Assembly (NCBI GenBank): GCA_963681965.1
Contig: OY820579.1
Location: 2,336,001-2,400,000 of the forward strand
DNA from: a bacterium
GTDB lineage: Bacteria; Electryoneota; JAOADG01
Length of the DNA: 64,000 nucleotides
Direction: 5' to 3'
The position numbers and the translations under genes are program-made. The notes under the pieces are model-generated. The model was not told where the DNA came from, did no database searches, and was given only the letters and a program-made list of their open reading frames with translations. Positions 59,701 to 64,000 of the stretch are shown in pieces (position 1 is the first letter of the stretch; each line of letters opens with the position of its first letter).

Positions 59701-62095
59701 CTGGACCGCCAATTATTTGCCCGGAACCTTGACAGTGAAGATGAATCGCAACTATCCCGGCGGTATTTGGCAGACACTATCGACGACTGTACCTGCTTCG
59801 CAAGGATGGTTGGATTGGTATGTCGCCGAGCCGACCGCCAACAATGTCCGGGTCTCCATTCTTTCCAACTCTTATAGCAGTTATCGCGATACTTCGGACG
59901 CCAACTCACCGATTGTGTATCCGTCGTTGCGCATCACTCGTCCGGTACTGGGTGACACGATGCTGGTGAACCATCTGGAAACGATTCATTGGAATGCGGG
60001 ACATCTACCCGGAAATGTCACAGTTAAGTATAATCTGAATTATCCTTCCGGGGCGTGGGGAACGGTCGTAACCAATTATCCGGCGTCAACGGGAGAAGTA
60101 AACTGGTCGACTAACAACCTCAGTTTGACCAACAATTTTCGGATTGCCATTACATCCGAATCGTTCCCGAATATCGCCGATACATCTTCGGTGAATTTGG
60201 TGCTGGCGACGCCGTTTGTAAGTATTCTTCATCCGAATGGCGGGGAACAATTGCAGGTTGGTGTCCCTGATACTATTCGCTGGGCAACAAATATCAATAG
60301 TACTTTCATTCTCTTGATGTCACGGCACGGCGATAATCCGGAGTATTTCGACATCTTGCCCGGAAGTGACAGCATTCCCTCGACGCAAAATATGTTTATT
60401 TGGACACCGACAGAGCCACTATCCGATTCGGTTCGGTTCTATATTACCGATTATGCCGAACCATTCGACGATTACTCCGATGCGGATTGCCGCATTATCA
60501 ACGGCAGTCTCGCGTTAACTCGTCCCAATGGCGGTGAAACGTTCTTTGCCGGTGAAGTCGACAGTGTGAAATGGACAAGTAGCTCGCTACGCGGAACAGT
60601 GAAAATTCAGATCAATCGGAATTATCCGACTGGAACTTGGACGACACTCGATTCGCTAACTAACATTACCCAAGGGTACTGGCGGTGGAACCCGGTATCG
60701 CTCCCGGTTACCGGTGTAGCGCGAATCCGCGTGGTATCCAATAGTAACAGCTATTTTGCCGATACGTCGAATGCCGCATTCTCCATTGCAGCGCGATCGA
60801 TCAGTGTGGTTCGCCCCGATGGTGGTGAATCCTGCTATCTCAACACGGTTGATACGATTCGATACACGACTCAAAATTTACCGAATGGTGTTCGGATCGA
60901 ATTGAATCGCAACTACCCCTCTACGACTTGGGAAGTATTGACCGATTCCGCTTCCAGCGTCACTGGATATTGGCTGTGGAATGTGTCCGGAGCGGCATCA
61001 GCGACTGCCCGAATTCGCTGTACCGGTCGCGGGTACACCGGTTACGCCGATACTTCGAATGCGAATTTCACCATTCGACCGTATCCGATGAGTATGAATT
61101 TCAGTTCGATTAATTTCTCGAGCGTTCACGTCCGAACCGCCGATTCCGTGCAACTGAAAGTCTGGAATACCGGAAATCAGGCATTCCGCTTTACCACCTT
61201 AACTGGTGCGACGAGTGGGATGTACAGTCGTCGAATAATGGATACGGATTCATCCACAAATACCAACGACACACTTCGGATTTGGGTGAAGTTTACTCCG
61301 GATTCGGTATTGACATATCGCGATACGTTGAAATTTACCTTTGCCAGTCCGTTCGATCCGATCACCATTCCGGTTGCGGGATTAGGCACAGGTTACTACG
61401 TAACGCTGTCAAGAAGCTCCTATAATTTTGCACTACCGATCGAACCGACATTGCATGATTCCATTTCGGTTATTGTTCGCGTTGCGGGAAATCGACCGCT
61501 GCTTGGTGGACAGTGGATCACATTACCGTCGACTGCGCCGTTCTCGACGACATCGCAGTTGATGCCGACGGTCAACGCCGGTGATTCCAGTACAGTCTGG
61601 GTAAAATTCAATCCTGTGACAACTGGATCATTTGCAGCGCAAGTTGCGTTGCTGGATTCCGCGATCAATGAGGATACGATTCGGATATCGGTGAGTGGTA
61701 CGTCGAGTTTCGTTCCGGCAGCTCCCCGATTGACGGTGTCGCTATCCGGTTACGATGCGCGATTGAATTGGACCCGTGTCGATTCATCGGTCGGTCATGT
61801 TCATCTGGATACGACGCTTCAACGCTGGTATATCGTTTATTTCAGCGCGCGGAACGATACGGTGAATGCGAATCGGTGGTATTTCCTCGGTGCTACCTAT
61901 GACAAGGATAGTGTCGCTTTCATTCATCGCGATGTAGCGCGGTTCTCGCCGTTGATGTTTTACCGGGTTACGACGTGGATATATGCACCATCGCAGTCGG
62001 CATCGATTGTCCGGGTATTGGAATCGATGCCGGTAGGTACACCGGAAGCGGTTATGAAACGGTATTTAAGCGAAGCGATCGATCAACAGCAATAA
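50768..62095 (+). CDS. Giant secreted/surface protein (3775 aa) with 8 LamG-like jelly-roll domains, repeated Ig-like spacers and choice-of-anchor-D-like domains
   Basis: Signal peptide. Repeated GLVAYYPLNG..D.SG..WxHxxxxYD..LYING..FNGSIDEVRxYNRAL. Repeated RPNGGE..ELNTNYPSGSW..DTSDANF. Confidence 0.92.
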   Translation: MYRLITVLLFLAFIAGVALSNPVYMGLNTFDVNGEIIYEIMYNGSPVPSGNLVQVIRPNGTLHPPVTTADNLGAPSGGDIVSSIFAMGDGASDQAGVFATILYGQSATPTDTRTPTSLNVGSQFYIRVWADVVAAAELPFTGGTHYADGGPYTVPATDSDLWDIQVNPTSAIPTWSTCGVAPAVISVREVSGGVIVDPLNFGSTLINTSINHTIRISNNGGSTLYLAGASTTGDYSNGTVTSSIAAGGYSDVTLTFTPTVSGTRTGTFSFSHNAAGSPYSLNLTGAGNNPTLTLTRPRGSEVYVIGQVDTIKWSQSDLTGNVSVELNTNYPSGIWTSLGTVAASTGYVTWTPLVSQTSAGSARIRVTSINIPAVCDTSDANFGIYTVPTALNLGVVSYYPFNGSVADNSGFSNNLTPLYMSYTTDRFDRASSAASFNGSTTRTWNVNPSFVVNRSSSFTVSTWVKFNTTTPTQTIMLLGPATTGYMDLILDLNSTGTLRWAATNNVDPAISVQSGIAAGLWNHVAAVYDQGKLTLYINGTSVGTINYTYTASTATASPMTIGAYYSGTASNHLNGVLDEMRMYNRALTPSEIGGLSAQILVTKPNGSNVNVVGQPDSVKWSQLGVTGNVYIELNTNYPSGSWTSLGTAAASTGYLLWTPQSSQASTTARFRVTSVNNSSISDTSDANFNIYTLQQALTQGLVAYYPLNGNALDYSGNGYTGVASYTSNTTDRYGSSVGAFAFDGASSYVDVPNSNAISFQSLTVSAWVNRIGSSTIITKDRVGPSGDYTFVFEVSSTGAVSMTVRLSTGTSLTLNSVSNISTNTWYHLVSTYDGTSIKLYINGTLNTSVSTGNGLSEATTRSFSIGSIKYTTASHSNFFNGSIDEVRAYNRVLSAAEITALYQGVGVSRPNGGDVFVVGQQDSIKWGQTGVTGNVNIELNTNYPSGSWTSLGTAAASTGYMTWTPQLSQISTTARIRVTSVNNSAVGDTGDGNFGIYTAQMAINQGLVAYYQLNGDVTDNSGQGNNLTPSSITYTTDQNGIASYAASFNGTSSYGLNTNPNFVFSYNSRFTISSWVKFNSSATYQALGCFGNSATNSFFGALEKFSTNIRWAVGKSGVLTASATYPFSNITLGNWYLITGVYDNGVVSLYVNGNLVSSTSFSLTTTVPTATPIAIGSYYYSSTSTVANFLNGSLDQYRIYNRALSLSEIYTLFRNLNVSRPNGGEIFVIDQADTVKWVQTGLTGSVNVELNTNYPSGSWTSLGTVAASTGSLVWTPLMSQGSAGLARIRITSVTYPTIGDTSDANFGIYTAQTATNQGWIGNYPMDNTMYDYSLYGNHLSSTNLSYTTDRFNQTNCAASFNGTSGYSRRSNFSYVFNKPSTFTVSTWVKFNTSTPTQTILHLGNATTGYLELALDLYSTGVLRWAAANYSDQTISVQSNITAGQWNHVAGVYNQGQLTLYINGYSVGTTSYPYNATTSTSTPLTIGAYYYGGFPTNFMNGALDEMRLFNRALSAAEISYLATQIYLTNHNGGDVNVVDQANYVEWRQSGITGNVTVELNTNYPSGSWTVLGSAAASTGYYIWTPLSSQLTTNARIRITPVNYPSMCDTSNANFGVYTLQQALQTGLLAYYPFSGNTSDASGNGLTAINQGASWTTDRNGVANSAFSFNGSSSYVYADVGSAFSVSQVSISAWIKSTGPGTTSPRIAAVGPLNSTAQNYGLLLEGTGSPRRLWFYTNSSVTDVFSGSVFTNDNLWHHVVSVYDGSTVYLYLDGSMIAGAITTGAIPTFTSRRLQIGRSDYPTDAFQGSIDEVRFYNRALSDGEINALYSSIAISRPNGGEVFVVGQADSIKWVNKGLTGYVSVELNTNYPSGSWTSLGTVLGTTGYVTWTPQVSQLSTNARIRVMSTSYPSIGDTSDANFAVVTQSSMRFDGVSSYIDIQNLTILNQLPLTLEAWVKPEDVGSSINYANNILSNDDRLHYSVGFGVNSNSSQSYFNSNFHDGARQSQLSFPVGQWKHVAIVYSSGNVSSYVNGILYETYNFTQLIPDALTELFIGRYNPGTTESVTLFKGQVSDVRAWSTARTAQQIRENYNRRLTGMESGLVGYWPLSGSTGSPISDLASTHNGINYGAVVVGDAPPLLPLNLTSPNGGEVLIAGQTNAINWLQTGLTGNITIQKSLNYSTSGGSTWTNIATVPINDLTHTWTPAISDTSRTARIRITSVTNPTMGDTSEANFGIYSVQQAVQQGLVAYYPLNGNATDASGNGHTGTVNGATPSNDRYGTSQKAYSFNGSSNDIDLGNLGAIDNYSVSMWFKKGIANNYIPGGVAGSGSEAHLFGTQSTVLNNYYKFGFHESYRDRLYFALSPTFGNVVACYSNTSITDANWHHLVVVRNGSVLTPYLDGSVMTLTTLGWSSGDVSGTVATGTVTKLGTIGGATDAKFNGSIDETRIYSRALTLTEISALYQGIGISRPNGGDVFVVGQTDSVKWGQSGITGNVNVELNTNYPTGSWTSLGTVAASTGYITWTPLPAQLSSTARIRITSVTYPTIGDTSDGNFGIYNVQQAVQQGILAYYPLNGNANDASGNGHHGTPGGDLTSSANSYGTSNSAMHFDGSSANITVSSTTGLDATNITVSAWVKLDQYTGDNETVVARWHGGAEVFALEIDPTNHPQLVTNINSTHILATSSSTLPLGTWAHLCGTYNGQMVSLYVNGVLLCSSPFSGAFAPSTSPLMIGSQYAALDRNWTNGSIDEVRFYNRALSASEIQNLYIGMGISRPNGGETFTIGIPDTLKWGSTGITGNVRIELNRNYPSSTWDTLFASTPNDGSELWQPSGTVSSTARIRVTSIANPTVADTSDANFTIVLPPLVVTRPNGGEIFAIGIPDTIRWTQSGIVGNVSIKLNTAYPGGSWTTLATVAASQLYYVWTPTAPVSSNALVAITSVNNSGVTDSSNTIFSIVQPSLTVSRPNNLDTIYIGNMDTIRWTANYLPGTLTVKMNRNYPGGIWQTLSTTVPASQGWLDWYVAEPTANNVRVSILSNSYSSYRDTSDANSPIVYPSLRITRPVLGDTMLVNHLETIHWNAGHLPGNVTVKYNLNYPSGAWGTVVTNYPASTGEVNWSTNNLSLTNNFRIAITSESFPNIADTSSVNLVLATPFVSILHPNGGEQLQVGVPDTIRWATNINSTFILLMSRHGDNPEYFDILPGSDSIPSTQNMFIWTPTEPLSDSVRFYITDYAEPFDDYSDADCRIINGSLALTRPNGGETFFAGEVDSVKWTSSSLRGTVKIQINRNYPTGTWTTLDSLTNITQGYWRWNPVSLPVTGVARIRVVSNSNSYFADTSNAAFSIAARSISVVRPDGGESCYLNTVDTIRYTTQNLPNGVRIELNRNYPSTTWEVLTDSASSVTGYWLWNVSGAASATARIRCTGRGYTGYADTSNANFTIRPYPMSMNFSSINFSSVHVRTADSVQLKVWNTGNQAFRFTTLTGATSGMYSRRIMDTDSSTNTNDTLRIWVKFTPDSVLTYRDTLKFTFASPFDPITIPVAGLGTGYYVTLSRSSYNFALPIEPTLHDSISVIVRVAGNRPLLGGQWITLPSTAPFSTTSQLMPTVNAGDSSTVWVKFNPVTTGSFAAQVALLDSAINEDTIRISVSGTSSFVPAAPRLTVSLSGYDARLNWTRVDSSVGHVHLDTTLQRWYIVYFSARNDTVNANRWYFLGATYDKDSVAFIHRDVARFSPLMFYRVTTWIYAPSQSASIVRVLESMPVGTPEAVMKRYLSEAIDQQQ

Positions 62096-62111
62096 TTTAT
62101 TAACTTCTGTT

Positions 62112-62145
62112 AACCGCCCTGCAGCGATGTGGGGCGGTTTTTTTT
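62112..62145 (+). terminator. Intrinsic terminator of the giant protein gene
   Basis: AACCGCCC..GGGCGGTT followed by a T-run. Confidence 0.85.
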
Positions 62146-62201
62146 ATAGCTCGAAATTATACTATCGAGTCTGTTGCAATAATTTTTATCGCGAGAGCGA
62201 G

Positions 62202-62232
62202 AAAAAAAGTGGCGAGGTTCATCCCCGCCACT
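62202..62232 (-). terminator. Intrinsic terminator of the TonB-dependent receptor gene
   Basis: AGTGGCG..CGCCACT stem with A7 on + (U-tract on minus). Confidence 0.8.
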
Positions 62233-62256
62233 ATTGATAAAGAACTGATAAGCTGG

Positions 62257-64000
62257 TTAGAATTGGAAATGAATACCTGCGATCAGACTGGGATCGTTCG
62301 GTCCATTCTGTAGTTCGCCAATCTTTTTCCGGATGAACTCCGGTGCGTAATTCTTCTGACCGAGCAAATTAAAGCCGTCAACGGACAGATTTATATTGGA
62401 ATTCAACGTGTACCGGAATCCGGCATTCAGGTCGAAAACCGCCTTCACAGTGAATTCGTTTGTTCCAGTCGAGGAACTAACCAAATTCGTACACTCACCC
62501 GTATAGATTCCGGTAATCGACCAATCGGTATCCTTCCACTTGTGGTTCACTCCCAGCGATGCGGTGAGTGCGGGAATGTATTTGATGGGATCGCCACCTT
62601 TCACTTTCCCGTAGGTGTAAGCGGGATTAAAAAACAGCTCGGTATTGGAACTGACAATCGCTTTGCATTCGGCTTCGGCACCGTAATAAACGAGATTGTC
62701 GGGTGAATTCGCGTAGCGGGTTTTGGTCGTTAGATAAGGAATGCGGATAATTTGATCGCTGCACTCCAAATAATATCCATCGATCCCGATTCGAAACCGT
62801 TTATCGATCGTGGTGGTCAGCGCCAAGTCGATCGTATTTACCTTTTCCTGTTTCAGATCCGGGTCGCCAACAGTTGTGGGTAATCCGACATATCGTTCAA
62901 ATAGTGTTGGCGATCTGAATGCCTGACCATACAATAGTTTCATGGTGGTAGTGGACGACATCGAATAGACCAATCCGGCACGCGGTGTTACAAACGGTGT
63001 GTAGTCTTTGTTGTAATTATACCGGACTCCGATCAAAGCGTTTAATTCTTTGGTAAACCGATATGTGCCTTGAACATACGCCGAAAGATCGGTATTGTCG
63101 ACAATGGGTACACCTTTACTGATGATCGTATCGGCTCCCCGGTCGATAATGTTGTAACCAAGACTTTGGGCAAATTCGCAAATTGCTCCGTAGATAATCG
63201 AAACATCGTTCGAAGGGGTATAGTTGAATTGTACTTCAGCGTCATTTCGATATCCGGTCGATTGATAATTTGTCCAACCACCGTTCAGACGGGTATAGAA
63301 ATTACGATCGATATGATTGAATGATGTACGCAGATTCATCACGGTTTTCGACGAGATAGCATGTTCATACGAAGCGGCAGTGAACAATCCGATATGATGA
63401 CTCTCTCTATTCTCTGCCATTCCCCAAACGCGTGGTGTCTCGCCGATTTTGGTGGAAACCATATCCATATAGGCGACGATTAAATTGAACTTCCCGCTAT
63501 TCCACTGGACGACTGCATTCTGATAATTGTTCTTATCGTCGAAGGTATAACTGTTTCCCGCTTCGTCTTTTTCGAGGTTGTACGGATAACCTTTCTCACT
63601 GCGATTTCCCAGTGTCAAATCGACATTTGCTTCGGGTGTCATGACTTCACCGCGTAAGAACGATTCGCAGAGTTGAAAACTCCCGCCTTTCATATCGGCG
63701 CTGGCTTTATTGCCTTCCGATTTTTTTAGAATGATGTTTATCACACCGCCGAAAGCATTGGTTCCGTAAAGCGTAGATCCCGGTCCGCGGACGACTTCAA
63801 TTCGTTCGATTGCCGCGATCGGTATCATGTTTAAGTAATAGGAACCATTTACTGCATCCCAGAATGGATTTCCGTTGATCATAAGCAGCGACTTGTCATT
63901 GTATAAAGTAGAATAAATTCCCCGGAAAAATGGTTGACGGAAGCCCCAGTATGTCTCCATGACTTTTACACCGGGGATATAATTCAGTGCGTCTTCGATC
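62257..64000 (-). CDS. TonB-dependent outer-membrane receptor (5'-partial)
   Basis: Plug motif IERIEVVRGPGSTLYGTNAFGGVINII. YGQAFRSPT..GDPDLKQE, FNLLGQKNY, terminal Phe. Frame is open to the window edge (IEDALNYIPGV). Confidence 0.93.
   Translation of the reverse strand, partial: IEDALNYIPGVKVMETYWGFRQPFFRGIYSTLYNDKSLLMINGNPFWDAVNGSYYLNMIPIAAIERIEVVRGPGSTLYGTNAFGGVINIILKKSEGNKASADMKGGSFQLCESFLRGEVMTPEANVDLTLGNRSEKGYPYNLEKDEAGNSYTFDDKNNYQNAVVQWNSGKFNLIVAYMDMVSTKIGETPRVWGMAENRESHHIGLFTAASYEHAISSKTVMNLRTSFNHIDRNFYTRLNGGWTNYQSTGYRNDAEVQFNYTPSNDVSIIYGAICEFAQSLGYNIIDRGADTIISKGVPIVDNTDLSAYVQGTYRFTKELNALIGVRYNYNKDYTPFVTPRAGLVYSMSSTTTMKLLYGQAFRSPTLFERYVGLPTTVGDPDLKQEKVNTIDLALTTTIDKRFRIGIDGYYLECSDQIIRIPYLTTKTRYANSPDNLVYYGAEAECKAIVSSNTELFFNPAYTYGKVKGGDPIKYIPALTASLGVNHKWKDTDWSITGIYTGECTNLVSSSTGTNEFTVKAVFDLNAGFRYTLNSNINLSVDGFNLLGQKNYAPEFIRKKIGELQNGPNDPSLIAGIHFQF

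Noticed and set aside
50768-62095. Diversity-generating retroelement acting on the repeats
   Set aside because: No reverse transcriptase in the window, and the differences between repeats are not adenine-specific.
191-63324. Numerous short ORFs antisense to or nested in long genes
   Set aside because: Shadow ORFs of well-supported CDSs with no independent evidence.

Overview
Bacterial genomic window, probably from an FCB-superphylum lineage (inferred from several secreted proteins with YPNPFN/T9SS-type C-terminal domains and a C25 peptidase). Bases 1257-31855 are a ~30.6 kb integrative island in tRNA-Arg(TCT), bounded by an exact 68-bp direct repeat with candidate integrase arm sites. The island carries: (i) two convergent paralogous tyrosine recombinases flanking an XRE gene, an iteron-like origin and an AEP primase-SF3 helicase; (ii) two unknown genes; (iii) two secreted cargo proteins; (iv) a defence block made of a PLD-SNF2 helicase, an N6-adenine methyltransferase fused to an AlbA_2/Schlafen-like domain, a TIR-SLOG protein and an AT-rich three-gene operon of unknown function. 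Right of the island lie an IS3-family element abutting a 5'-truncated mlaE, then mlaF and mlaD, a decayed copy of the island XRE gene, a SulP-STAS-cNMP transporter, a C25 peptidase flanked by two 118-bp REP-containing MITE-like repeats, two vWA proteins, a 3775-aa LamG-cassette surface protein and a partial TonB-dependent receptor. The best candidates for an undescribed system are the AT-rich operon (divergent TIR-like plus zincin-like proteins) next to TIR-SLOG, the MTase-Schlafen fusion, and the arm-plus/arm-less integrase pair. All domain calls are by-eye motif recognition; no database search was run.
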